From Sulfurospirillum sp. (GTDB lineage: Bacteria; Campylobacterota; Campylobacteria; Campylobacterales; Sulfurospirillaceae), in assembly GCA_045047115.1 (NCBI GenBank), contig JASFYR010000005.1:1-64000 (forward strand): a stretch of 64,000 nucleotides of DNA, read 5' to 3'. Below the pieces are notes generated by a model. The model was not told the DNA's origin. It saw only the letters and a program-made list of their open reading frames with translations, and made no database searches. This document shows, piece after piece, positions 38,915-51,842 of this stretch. Numbering within the stretch: position 1 is the first letter of the stretch; each line of letters begins with the position of its first letter. Both the position numbers and the translations under genes were made by a program.

Positions 38915-41698
38915 ATGGATTATAAAGATTTATTGCTTTTGCCACAAACAACTTTTCCCATGAGGGGAAATCTTCCTCGAAATGAGCCAAAGAGATATAA
39001 AGAGTGGTTTAGTGAAAAAGACAATGTGTATAAAAAGATGATAGAAAACCGCAAAGATGCAAAAAAAAGCTTCTATTTGCACGATGGACCACCATATGCA
39101 AATGGCCATATCCATATAGGACATGCACTAAACAAAATACTAAAAGACATAATCGTAAAGACTCACTATGTTTTTGGGGAAAATATCAGATATGTTCCCG
39201 GCTGGGATTGTCATGGACTTCCTATCGAACAACAGGTTGAAAAAAAGATAGGCAAGACAAAAAAAGAGACACTTGCTAAAAGTAAAATCAGAGAGTTGTG
39301 TCGTGAGCATGCTAGAAAATTTATTGACATTCAAAGAGACGAATTTAAAGCTTTGGGAGTTGTAGGGGATTGGGAAAATCCATACATGACTATGAAGTTC
39401 AGATTTGAAGCAGATATTTACAGGTCTCTTTGCGAGGTTGCCAAAAAAGGTCTCTTAATAGAGAGAAGCAAGCCGGTTTACTGGTCGTGGGCAGCAAGAA
39501 CTGCTTTGGCAGAAGCGGAAGTAGAGTATGAAGACAAAGAGGACTACTCTATATATGTAGCATATCCGTTAAAAGATGAAGCAAAAAAAGCTTTACATGC
39601 AGAGGGTGATATAAGTGTCGTTATTTGGACTACTACACCTTGGACGCTTCCTGCAAATATGGCTATCAGCTTCAATCCGCAGGAGGATTATGCCCTGAGT
39701 ACAGACGGTTTTATATTTGCAAAAGCACTTTATGAGAGTTTGAAAGAACAAGAAGTAATAAAAGGCGAAATCAAACAGATTTTTAAAGCTGAGTTGCTAG
39801 AAAATCTATATGCCTCAAGCCCTTTAAACGGTAGAGATTCCAAACTTATACTAGGCGATCACGTGACGATGGACGGTGGTAGCGGATGTGTCCATACAGC
39901 TCCGGGGCATGGTGATGATGATTACAAAGTTGGACTAAAATACGGCTTAGAAGTAATGATGCCGGTTGATGATAGAGGCTGTTACGACGAGACTGTGCTA
40001 AGAGAGTCTCTCTTGCCGGATGCTAAGAGTTTTGTAGGTGAGCATATATTTAAATCAAATGAGAGAATTTTGGAGCTTTTGGGTGATTCTCTTTTGAAAG
40101 TTTCAAAATTTACCCACTCGTATCCATTTTGCTGGAGAACACACAAGCCTATAATCTACAGAGCCACAAGGCAGTGGTTTATAGCTATGGACAAAGAAAC
40201 TGATGGTAGAGACACACTTAGAAACATGGCCATGAATGAGCTTCAAAATGTAAAATTTTATCCGAAATCTGGCATAAAAAGACTGGGAACCATGATAGAG
40301 AATAGACCGGATTGGTGTATTTCAAGACAGAGAGACTGGGGTGTGCCCATAGCGTTTTTTAGAGACAAAAACAGCGGTAAGCCTATATTTGATGAAAAAG
40401 TAGTAAATTTTATAGCAGATATTTTCCAAAGCAAAGGAGCTGACGCTTGGTGGGATTTAGATATAGAAGATCTTTTAGTACCAAATAGCGGATATAAGAG
40501 CGAAAATTTAGAAAAAGTTATGGATATACTGGATGTTTGGTTTGACAGTGGAAGTACATGGAGAGCTGTTTTGAACTCAGATGATTATGATGCTGGAGAT
40601 TATCCGGCTTCAATGTATCTTGAGGGCAGTGACCAGCATCGTGGATGGTTTCAGAGCTCACTCTTGGTTAGCACTGCCAACAATGGCATAGCTCCTTATA
40701 AAAAGATTTTAACCCATGGATTTACTGTTGATGAAAAGGGTGAAAAGATGAGTAAATCCAAAGGAAATGTTATAGCACCAAGTGATATAGCAAAAAAATA
40801 TGGTGTCGAGATACTTCGTCTTTGGGTTGGAACGAGTGAATACACAACGGACTTGAAGATAAGTGACGGTATTTTGAAGCAGGTAAGCGAGCAGTATAGA
40901 AAAATCAGAAATACATTTAGATTTTTACTTGCAAATGTAAACGACTTGGAAAGTTTTGAGAAGATAGATAATTTTTCACCGATAGATAATTGGATTTTAT
41001 ATAAAGCAGGAGATATTTTTGCTCAAACCAAAGAGGCCTTTGATGAGTATGATTTCTCAAAAGGGATGTCTCTTTTAAACCACTTTATTACAAATCATTT
41101 AAGCGGAATTTATCTGGATATTTCAAAAGACAGACTCTATTGTGACGAAAAAAATTCAACTACTAGAAGAGCATCACAAACTGTGATGGCACTCATTGCA
41201 AAGAGTATGTCAGCACTTTTTGCTCCTGTACTCACATACACAGTAGATGAACTTTTAGAACATGCTCCAAAAGCTATAAAAGGTGATTTAAACAGCGTGT
41301 TTGATCTGGTTTATGAAGAGTTGCCAAAAGTAAAGATGCCGTTTGATGAAGAGTATATGACAGAGGCCAGAGAGAAATTTTTTGAGATAGTTGATACTTT
41401 CAAAAAAGAGAAAAAGATAAAATCTACGCTGGAGTTTGTTATATATTCAGATTCAAGTGAGCTCAAAAAACTTAGTGGTGCTGATGGAGAGGATTGGTTT
41501 ACAGTGAGTAATATCATTTGTGCAAGCCAGAGTAATCCTGAAGCTGTTTTTAAAGTTGGCGAAGATGAGTTTAAGATATATTTCGCCAAAAGATTTAAGT
41601 GTCCTAGATGTTGGAAATTCAGAGCAAAAGAGGAGAACGGACTTTGCAGTAGATGCAAAGGTGAAAAAGTTAAAATGAGTTGTGAGAGCAATGTTTAG
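38915..41698 (+). CDS. ileS: Isoleucine-tRNA ligase
   Basis: HIGH, WTTTPWT, KMSKS, C-terminal CPRCW zinc finger. Confidence 0.98.
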   Translation: MDYKDLLLLPQTTFPMRGNLPRNEPKRYKEWFSEKDNVYKKMIENRKDAKKSFYLHDGPPYANGHIHIGHALNKILKDIIVKTHYVFGENIRYVPGWDCHGLPIEQQVEKKIGKTKKETLAKSKIRELCREHARKFIDIQRDEFKALGVVGDWENPYMTMKFRFEADIYRSLCEVAKKGLLIERSKPVYWSWAARTALAEAEVEYEDKEDYSIYVAYPLKDEAKKALHAEGDISVVIWTTTPWTLPANMAISFNPQEDYALSTDGFIFAKALYESLKEQEVIKGEIKQIFKAELLENLYASSPLNGRDSKLILGDHVTMDGGSGCVHTAPGHGDDDYKVGLKYGLEVMMPVDDRGCYDETVLRESLLPDAKSFVGEHIFKSNERILELLGDSLLKVSKFTHSYPFCWRTHKPIIYRATRQWFIAMDKETDGRDTLRNMAMNELQNVKFYPKSGIKRLGTMIENRPDWCISRQRDWGVPIAFFRDKNSGKPIFDEKVVNFIADIFQSKGADAWWDLDIEDLLVPNSGYKSENLEKVMDILDVWFDSGSTWRAVLNSDDYDAGDYPASMYLEGSDQHRGWFQSSLLVSTANNGIAPYKKILTHGFTVDEKGEKMSKSKGNVIAPSDIAKKYGVEILRLWVGTSEYTTDLKISDGILKQVSEQYRKIRNTFRFLLANVNDLESFEKIDNFSPIDNWILYKAGDIFAQTKEAFDEYDFSKGMSLLNHFITNHLSGIYLDISKDRLYCDEKNSTTRRASQTVMALIAKSMSALFAPVLTYTVDELLEHAPKAIKGDLNSVFDLVYEELPKVKMPFDEEYMTEAREKFFEIVDTFKKEKKIKSTLEFVIYSDSSELKKLSGADGEDWFTVSNIICASQSNPEAVFKVGEDEFKIYFAKRFKCPRCWKFRAKEENGLCSRCKGEKVKMSCESNV

Positions 41699-41797
41699 TG
41701 AACCGGTTTCTATGAAATTTATCTTTGAAACAGTTGGAGTGATTTTTATACTCATTGCTGTGAGTATATTTTTGGTAAAAACAAAAAAGGATAAGAA

Positions 41798-41801
<4 letters not shown>
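41691..41801 (+). CDS. Small single-pass membrane protein (36 aa), not in ORF track
   Basis: [36 protein letters not shown]; overlaps ileS stop and gatA start. Confidence 0.7.
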
Positions 41802-44613
<2,812 letters not shown>

Positions 44614-44623
44614 GTAAAAAAAG

Positions 44624-45727
44624 TTGTTAGTGCAGACTTCAAGTGAGTATTTTGATGAGCAACTCTATCTTGAGAGTGGGCGTATTATAGAGGGTTATAC
44701 GCAAACCTACGAAAGTTATGGAGAGTTAAATAGTGACAGATCAAATGCTATAGTTGTTTTTCATGCACTCACAGGTTCTCATCATGCAGCTAGCAAGTAT
44801 GAAGGAGATTCAAAACCGGGATGGTGGGATCCTCTTATAGGCGATGGAAAGATACTTGATACGAAGAAGTTTTTCGTGATATGTGTAAATGTTTTGGGTA
44901 GTTGCTTTGGTTCAAGCGGACCAACAAGCAAAACCAAAAAAAATCAGCCTCCACTTAGGTTGAAATTTCCTGTTATTACGATAAGCGATATGGTTAGTGC
45001 GCAAATGTCTCTGTTTAAAAGGCTAGGTATCGAAAAAGCCTATGCAGTCATAGGCGGTTCACTTGGTGGTATGCAGGCACTTTGTGTTGGGGTTGAGTAT
45101 CCAGAGTTTACTGATAGGATTATAATGCTTGCCTCTACTCATGCTACAAGCCCATGGGCTATATCTTTTAATAAATTAGCTATGGAAGGCATTGTAAAAG
45201 ATCCTAGATTTAAAGACGGAAACTATGAAAAAAATGATTTTGAAGAGTTGCCTCTAAATGGTTTTGCGATTGGTAGGATGGCTGGGCATATAAGTTTTTT
45301 GAGTCCGCACTCTATGGAGAAGAAATTTGGCAGAAACTATGTTGAGACGGATGGTCTGTATGAGCTTTTTGGAAGATTTCAGATAGAGAGATATATGGAG
45401 TATAACGGATATAATTTTGCAAAAAGATTTGATCCTTTGAGTTATATATATATTATAAAAGCAATGAATATATTTGATGCATCAAGAAACTATGACTCGT
45501 TGAGTGATTCATTGAAAAATATAGAGGCAAAGATGACTCTGGTCTCATTTAGAGGTGATATGCTCTTTATGCCAAGTGAGATGGAGATGATAAGAGATAC
45601 ACTTAGAGATATGGGACGGGGTGATAGAGTTGAGTGCTATTGTGTTGATAGCAGTTATGGGCATGATGCTTTTTTGGTAGAGTATGATAAGTTTGATTTT
45701 TATATAAGAAAGGCTTTAGAGAAATGA
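44624..45727 (+). CDS. metX: Homoserine O-acetyltransferase (MetX family)
   Basis: HALTG, GWWD, GGSLGG nucleophile, YGHDAFL. Confidence 0.92.
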   Translation: MLVQTSSEYFDEQLYLESGRIIEGYTQTYESYGELNSDRSNAIVVFHALTGSHHAASKYEGDSKPGWWDPLIGDGKILDTKKFFVICVNVLGSCFGSSGPTSKTKKNQPPLRLKFPVITISDMVSAQMSLFKRLGIEKAYAVIGGSLGGMQALCVGVEYPEFTDRIIMLASTHATSPWAISFNKLAMEGIVKDPRFKDGNYEKNDFEELPLNGFAIGRMAGHISFLSPHSMEKKFGRNYVETDGLYELFGRFQIERYMEYNGYNFAKRFDPLSYIYIIKAMNIFDASRNYDSLSDSLKNIEAKMTLVSFRGDMLFMPSEMEMIRDTLRDMGRGDRVECYCVDSSYGHDAFLVEYDKFDFYIRKALEK

Positions 45728-45921
45728 GTAAAGAGATAAGTTTTGAAGATAAGCTAAAAAGTGCAAAAGAGATTTTAGAAAAGCTAAGTGACCCCAGTAT
45801 CACTCTTAAAGACGGGATGAAAGAGTACAAGAAAGGCATATCTATACTAAATGAAGCAACGAAGATGATAGAAGATGCCAAGTTGGAATATGAAAAACTC
45901 CAACCAAATGAAAATATATAA
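45724..45921 (+). CDS. xseB: Exodeoxyribonuclease VII small subunit
   Basis: SFE.KL....ILEKL....L...Y..G pattern, 65 aa. Confidence 0.85.
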   Translation: MSKEISFEDKLKSAKEILEKLSDPSITLKDGMKEYKKGISILNEATKMIEDAKLEYEKLQPNENI

Positions 45922-46028
45922 TGAAATTACACAAAATTTTAAATAGTAACTTCTCTGCGCCAGCAGTAGCTTTAGTCGCGAGGAATTTTTGCGGAATTCA
46001 CTTCCGTAAAAAGGGGACAATAATATGA
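45921..46028 (+). repeat. Structured junction element, copy B; 35-aa ORF MKLHKILNSNFSAPAVALVARNFCGIHFRKKGTII
   Basis: Homologous to 2404-2499; hairpin TTTTTGCGGAA-TTCAC-TTCCGTAAAAA at 45986-46012; TAATG and ATGA overlaps with neighbours. Confidence 0.8.
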
Positions 46029-46819
46029 AACTCGCTGCTTTACAGCTTTCTACTCTACCTATGAGTGAAGCAAAGTTGGATTATTACTTTAGGATTTGCG
46101 AAAACAAGGGTGTTGAGCTTATATTGCTTAGTGAGTATGCGCTGAACAGTTTTTTTAAAGAGCTTGAAGATATGCCGGTTCTTATGATAAAAGAGCAGAC
46201 AAACCACAAGATAAGAGTTTTAAAAGAGTTGTGCAAAAGATACAATCTTACAGTTGTTGCGCCGATAATCTTGATAAAAAACAGAAAAATGCTAAAATCA
46301 GTAGCAAAGTTTACTCCTAAAAGCGTACACTACTACAATCAACAATTTTTGATAAATTTCAAACACTGGAACGAAGAGAGATTTTTTGATAACCCAATGC
46401 AGAGATATACTCCTCAGATATTTGTGTTAAATAGGATAAAATTTGGAATTATCAGTGGTTTTGAAGCTCATTTTGATGTTGCTTGGTTAGAAGCAATGCG
46501 TAAAAATGTAGATGTTGTTCTGATGCCATCATCTTCTACATTTGAATCATCTCTAAGGTGGCAAGAGTTGCTGAAAACCAGAGCTTTTTTAAACTCTATG
46601 TATATATTAAGAGCCAATAGAGTTGGCACATATACCCAAAAAGATATATCGTGGAAGTTTTATGGACACAGTAAACTTGTAAATCCTTATGGCGATATTG
46701 AGCTTTCTTTAGGACAAAAAGAGGAGATACTTTTGTGTGATATAGACAAAGACGAGGTAAATGGAGCTAAAAAGTTATGGGGATGGAGAAGAGATTTGAG
46801 TAAAAGAGGCATGTTGTGA
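46025..46819 (+). CDS. Carbon-nitrogen hydrolase (nitrilase superfamily) protein
   Basis: KLAALQ, LSEY, FEAHF, TRAFLN..YILRANRVG, FYGHS. Confidence 0.85.
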   Translation: MKLAALQLSTLPMSEAKLDYYFRICENKGVELILLSEYALNSFFKELEDMPVLMIKEQTNHKIRVLKELCKRYNLTVVAPIILIKNRKMLKSVAKFTPKSVHYYNQQFLINFKHWNEERFFDNPMQRYTPQIFVLNRIKFGIISGFEAHFDVAWLEAMRKNVDVVLMPSSSTFESSLRWQELLKTRAFLNSMYILRANRVGTYTQKDISWKFYGHSKLVNPYGDIELSLGQKEEILLCDIDKDEVNGAKKLWGWRRDLSKRGML

Positions 46820-47946
46820 AATTTGACCTGTATCCTTTTGAAAAATTAACCCGACTGTTAGATGGCATAGAGCCGTCAACAGATTATAAACCAGCAGTAC
46901 TGACTATAGGAGAGCCACAATTTGAAACTCCGGATTTTATACAGCTTGCGCTGAGAGATGGTAGTGATTTATTGAAAAAATACCCAAAAACAGCAGGTGA
47001 GACATATCTAAAAAAGGCTCAATTGGACTTTGTGAAAAAAAGATTTAAAGTTGAGTTGAAAGACAGTGAGCTTATATCCACATTTGGTACACGAGAAGTG
47101 CTTTTTAACTTTCCCCAGTTTTTGCTTTTTGACGAGAAAAATCCAGCCATTGCCTTTACAAGCCCTTTTTATCAGATATATAAAGGTGCGGCCCAGGTCA
47201 GCAAAGCAGATATTATCTATCTAAATTTGACAAAAGAAAATGGATTTAAGCCGGATATAAATGACAGCAGGCTCAAAAATGCAAATCTTGTGATTTTAAA
47301 CTTCCCAAACAATCCGACAGCTTCAGTTATGAGCAAAACAGAGTTGCAAGAGTGGGTGAAATTGGCTTTAGAGTACGGTTTTATACTCTTAAATGATGAA
47401 TGCTACAGTGAGATATATTGTGATACTCCTCAGCCATCACTGCTCGAAGCAAGTCTGGCAGTTGGGAATGATAGTTTTAAAAATATACTTGTTATCAACT
47501 CTATCTCCAAAAGAAGCAGTGCACCGGGACTCAGAAGTGGTTTTATAGCCGGCGATAAAGATATACTCAAAGAGTATCTAAAATACAGAACATATGTAGG
47601 TGTTGCGGTTCCTTTGCCTTTGCAAAAAGCAGCTGCTATTGCATGGAGTGATGAAGAGCATGTGGCAAAATCAAGAGAAATATACAGACAAAACCAAGAG
47701 CTCTCATGTGAGATTTTGGGTGTCAAAAAGAGTGAAGCGACATTTTATGTGTGGCTTGAAGTTGATGATGATTTGGAGTTTACGAAGAGTCTTTACAGAG
47801 AAAAAAATGTCAAAGTTTTGCCGGGAAGTTTTTTGGGATATGAGGGAACAAGAAGTGCTTATGTTCGTATAGCACTGGTTGAAAACAGTGAAAAGACCAA
47901 AGAGATATTGACCAGAATAAAAGATTTTATAAAAGGTACAAAATGA
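46816..47946 (+). CDS. dapC: Class I/II PLP aminotransferase, probable succinyldiaminopimelate transaminase
   Basis: YPFEKL, TIGEP, PNNPT, DECYSEIY, SISKRSSAPGLRSG. Confidence 0.85.
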   Translation: MKFDLYPFEKLTRLLDGIEPSTDYKPAVLTIGEPQFETPDFIQLALRDGSDLLKKYPKTAGETYLKKAQLDFVKKRFKVELKDSELISTFGTREVLFNFPQFLLFDEKNPAIAFTSPFYQIYKGAAQVSKADIIYLNLTKENGFKPDINDSRLKNANLVILNFPNNPTASVMSKTELQEWVKLALEYGFILLNDECYSEIYCDTPQPSLLEASLAVGNDSFKNILVINSISKRSSAPGLRSGFIAGDKDILKEYLKYRTYVGVAVPLPLQKAAAIAWSDEEHVAKSREIYRQNQELSCEILGVKKSEATFYVWLEVDDDLEFTKSLYREKNVKVLPGSFLGYEGTRSAYVRIALVENSEKTKEILTRIKDFIKGTK

Positions 47947-49250
47947 AATATATCCACTTTGTCGGGGTTGGTGGTATCGGACTATCGGCACTTGCTAGAT
48001 ATTTGAAAAAAGAGGGTTTCTGTGTCAGCGGCTCAGATATAAAAGAGACAAAAATCACACAAAAATTAAGAGGTGAAGGCATAGAAGTATCTGTTCCTCA
48101 CGATAAAAAAAATATCAAAAAACAAGATTTAGTTATATACACTGCAGTTGCAAAAGATGACAATGTGGAGCTGGTAGAGGCAAGAAAAAGGGGTATATTG
48201 ACACTCTCACGCAAAGATGCACTGCCTTTGATACTAAAGGAGCGAAGAGTATTTGCTACATGTGGGGCTCATGGGAAAAGCACTACAAGTGCAATGCTGG
48301 CTTCTATGGTTGAGGGTACGGTCATCATAGGAGCTGAAAGTAAACAATTTGATACAAATATGTACTATATGACAAGTAACAATATTATCTTTGAGGCAGA
48401 CGAGAGTGATGAGAGTTTTTTAAACTCAAATCCATTTGTAGCAGTTGTTACAAATGCAGAACCGGAACATATGGAGCATTATAATTACGATCTGAAGAGA
48501 TTTTATGGTGCATATGAGCAGTTTTTAAGAAGCGCAACCATAAGAGTTATAAACGCAGAAGATAAGTTTCTCTCAACTCTGGATGATATGGATGCAATCA
48601 GACTTTACCCAAGCACGGATCTCAAAGATATAAAAACAATCATAAGAAACGATGAGCCTTTTACCTCTTTTGTCTTGAAAGATTTAGGCAGGTTTGAAGT
48701 ATGGGGCATAGGAGAACATATAGCCATTGATGCTTCATTGGCGATTTTAGCTAGTCTTTGCGAGATGGATTTGGAGAGTGCAAGAGAAAAATTGAAAAAC
48801 TACAGAGGTATCAAGAAGAGATTTGATATACTCCAAAAAAGTGAAAACTTCACTCTTATAGATGATTATGGTCATCACCCAACAGAGATAAAAGCCACTA
48901 TGAATTCGGCTAAAAAATATGCAAAGATGATGGGATTGGATGAGATTACAGCTATATGGCAACCTCACAAATACACCAGAACCCATGATAATTTAAAGGG
49001 TTTTGTGGAGTGTTTTGCCGGTGTGGACAGGTTGATTATACTCCCTGTTTGGAGTGCAGGAGAGCAGAAAATTGAGATAGATTTTGAAAATGAGTTCAAA
49101 AGATATAGTCCGATATTTGCGCATAGTCTGGAAAAAAACAGACAATCCATAAATCTACTTACAAATGATAAGATCCTGAAAAATATAGACAAAGGGTTGA
49201 TTATCGGTTTTGGTGCCGGCGATATCACATACCAGTTAAGAGGAGCGTAG
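47943..49250 (+). CDS. murC: UDP-N-acetylmuramate-L-alanine ligase
   Basis: HFVGVGGIG, GAHGKSTT, EADESD, DDYGHHPTE. Confidence 0.97.
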   Translation: MKYIHFVGVGGIGLSALARYLKKEGFCVSGSDIKETKITQKLRGEGIEVSVPHDKKNIKKQDLVIYTAVAKDDNVELVEARKRGILTLSRKDALPLILKERRVFATCGAHGKSTTSAMLASMVEGTVIIGAESKQFDTNMYYMTSNNIIFEADESDESFLNSNPFVAVVTNAEPEHMEHYNYDLKRFYGAYEQFLRSATIRVINAEDKFLSTLDDMDAIRLYPSTDLKDIKTIIRNDEPFTSFVLKDLGRFEVWGIGEHIAIDASLAILASLCEMDLESAREKLKNYRGIKKRFDILQKSENFTLIDDYGHHPTEIKATMNSAKKYAKMMGLDEITAIWQPHKYTRTHDNLKGFVECFAGVDRLIILPVWSAGEQKIEIDFENEFKRYSPIFAHSLEKNRQSINLLTNDKILKNIDKGLIIGFGAGDITYQLRGA

Positions 49251-49589
49251 ATGCAAATAGTTCTTTTTCTACTTTTGCTTTTAGCTGTCTTGGTGATTAT
49301 TGTTTCTAAAAAAGAGTCTCTTTCGTCCAGAACAAAAATATATATTATTCTCTCTCTTACTTTAGTGATTATTATCAGTTGGCTCTATACTGTGAACAAT
49401 CAAAAAACTGCCCAAAATGACAGAGCGATTATCAACGCATATGAACAAGGCAAAACTCTTAATTGTGGAAACTATAAAGTCAATAGTAACGACTTTATCT
49501 TTGTAAGTGGCACTCTAAGCTTTATTGCAAAAGAGAGTGCAAAAAAGTTAAAAGGTGTTGTGATAGACATCTCTACATGTAGCAAATGA
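49251..49589 (+). CDS. Small membrane protein, unknown function
   Basis: Two TMs and a Cys pair; tightly packed in operon. Confidence 0.75.
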   Translation: MQIVLFLLLLLAVLVIIVSKKESLSSRTKIYIILSLTLVIIISWLYTVNNQKTAQNDRAIINAYEQGKTLNCGNYKVNSNDFIFVSGTLSFIAKESAKKLKGVVIDISTCSK

Positions 49590-51784
49590 ATAGACTCCTT
49601 TCTAAACTGGATTTAATAGATTTTGCTAACTCTTTTGAGGCTTTTTTGGCGAGGAGTAAACCTCTTTTTATGCAGGGTGACTCAAAGATACATCACTCTT
49701 TTATAAAAGAGCTTCTCCAAACTCAAGGTATAAAATCGCCTCTTGAAGTGGAAAATCTTGATACTCAACTTGCTCATCTTGGCAAAAGCGGTATTTTAAA
49801 GATTTATGAAATTTACTCTTTTGTAAAAATTATAGACTATTTTATCTATCTCAAAAAAACTCTTCTTGAAGGAAGACTTTGCGAATGGATGCAGAAAATC
49901 GAGATACCAAATGAGATATTGGAAGTGTGTAGTTATTTTGATGGAAAAGGTGAACTTAAAAGTAGTATAGATGAGAGTTTTTCAAATATAGAGTATGCAC
50001 TAAAAAAAATAAAAGAGGAGGCAAATACGACACTAAGACGCCTCATGTCAAATTCAAAACTTTCAAATTATTTAGTTGACAGACAGGTTCACTATATAAA
50101 CAACCAAGAGACTCTTTTGCTAAGAGGCGGATTTAACCATGTCATAAAAGGCAGTGTAGTCGGACGAAGCAGTGGAGGATTTTTCTATATTTTTCCAGAT
50201 ACTCTGTCCTCCTTGAAATCCAAAGAGAGTGGACTTATTGATAGAAAAGAGGAGTTGATATATAAATACGCAAAAGAGATTTCAAATCTTTTTTCTAAAT
50301 ATGTAAAATTTTTATCCTTTATCAATAGAGAATTTGATAAATTTGATGCCTACCATGCAAGAGTAGCGTTTGCTAGAAGTAGAGATTTGGACTTTGTTCT
50401 TGCAAACAGTGGCCACGAGATAAAACTTAGCAGATTTTCTCATCCGGCATTGAGTGACCCAAAGCCTATAAGTGTTGATTTTACAAAACATGTTTTGATG
50501 ATCACAGGCGTAAATGCCGGTGGTAAAACTATATTTTTAAAATCCCTGTTGAGTGCAGCATTTTTAGCTAAGTATCTGTTGCCCATGAAGATAGATAGTA
50601 AGCATTCAAAAATAGGTTCTTTTAGGGAGATTGTAGCGGTTCTTGATGATCCTCAGAGTGTAAAAAATGATATATCTACATTTGCAGGCAGGATGAGCGA
50701 GTTTAGCAGACTTTTTTCAAAAAAAAGAGCGTTGGTCGGCATAGATGAGATAGAGCTTGGAACAGATGCAGATGAGGCGGCTAGTCTCTTTAAAGTAATA
50801 ATCGAAAAGTTAATTCAAAAAGATATAAAGATTGTAATCACAACTCACCACAAAAGACTCGCTTCACTACTGGCTACAAACGATAGTGTCCAGCTTCTAG
50901 CAGCTATATATGATGAGAAAAATCAAAAACCTACATATGAATTTTTAAATGGAACAATTGGTAAGAGTTATGCTTTTGAGACAGCTCTTAGGTATAGGAT
51001 TCCAGCTCCTATTATCCAAGAGGCGAGAGAAGTTTATGGTGAGGATAAAGAGAAACTAAATGACTTAATTCAAAAAAATATAGATTTAGAGTTGGAGATG
51101 AAAAAGCAATCCTTGCTACTTAAAGAGAAGCTTCAAGAAGCAAAGAGAGCAAAAGAGGCACTCAAAGATGAAAAAGAGAGAAATAAAAGAGAGTTTGAGC
51201 ACTCGACTTTAAAGATGCAAAAGAGTTTTAATGAAGCGATAAAACAAGCTAAGGTTGCGATAAAAGCAAAAGATGTGCAGGAGGGACACAGAGCACTAAA
51301 CAGGGCAAATGAGTTTAAGCAAAAAGCAAAAAAAGTACAAGTGATCCAAACAAATGAAAAATTAAATGTCGGTGATTATGTAAAATATGGAAATTCCAAG
51401 GGCTTAATAAGAAGCATAAAAAAAGAGATGGCTTCGATAGATTGTAGTGGCATAACCCTGAGGGTTCCATTAAATACTCTGAAAAAGAGTGGCAATCCGC
51501 CTAAAAAAACAAAGAAGATAGTTATCTCAAAACCGAGTAGCACAAGCTCTGTGACACTTGACTTACATGGTTTAAGGGCAGATGAAGCGATAGAAAAACT
51601 AGATAAGTTTCTCTCAGATGCCCTTATAAACGGCTATGATGAGGTGTTAGTATATCATGGGATAGGCACAGGGAAACTGGCATATGCTGTCAAAACTTTT
51701 CTCTCGACCTATCCGAGCCTGGTATCTTACTGCGATGCACCGATAAATATGGGAGGTTATGGAGCAACTTTGATTAGATTATGA
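49586..51784 (+). CDS. mutS2: MutS2 family ATPase with Smr domain
   Basis: TGVNAGGKT, DEIELGTD, TTHH, LDLHG...HGIGTG. Confidence 0.95.
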   Translation: MNRLLSKLDLIDFANSFEAFLARSKPLFMQGDSKIHHSFIKELLQTQGIKSPLEVENLDTQLAHLGKSGILKIYEIYSFVKIIDYFIYLKKTLLEGRLCEWMQKIEIPNEILEVCSYFDGKGELKSSIDESFSNIEYALKKIKEEANTTLRRLMSNSKLSNYLVDRQVHYINNQETLLLRGGFNHVIKGSVVGRSSGGFFYIFPDTLSSLKSKESGLIDRKEELIYKYAKEISNLFSKYVKFLSFINREFDKFDAYHARVAFARSRDLDFVLANSGHEIKLSRFSHPALSDPKPISVDFTKHVLMITGVNAGGKTIFLKSLLSAAFLAKYLLPMKIDSKHSKIGSFREIVAVLDDPQSVKNDISTFAGRMSEFSRLFSKKRALVGIDEIELGTDADEAASLFKVIIEKLIQKDIKIVITTHHKRLASLLATNDSVQLLAAIYDEKNQKPTYEFLNGTIGKSYAFETALRYRIPAPIIQEAREVYGEDKEKLNDLIQKNIDLELEMKKQSLLLKEKLQEAKRAKEALKDEKERNKREFEHSTLKMQKSFNEAIKQAKVAIKAKDVQEGHRALNRANEFKQKAKKVQVIQTNEKLNVGDYVKYGNSKGLIRSIKKEMASIDCSGITLRVPLNTLKKSGNPPKKTKKIVISKPSSTSSVTLDLHGLRADEAIEKLDKFLSDALINGYDEVLVYHGIGTGKLAYAVKTFLSTYPSLVSYCDAPINMGGYGATLIRL

Positions 51785-51842
51785 TTAGTTTAATATAATT
51801 AATAATATAATAGTGAATAACCGATAAAATATTGGAAGTTTT

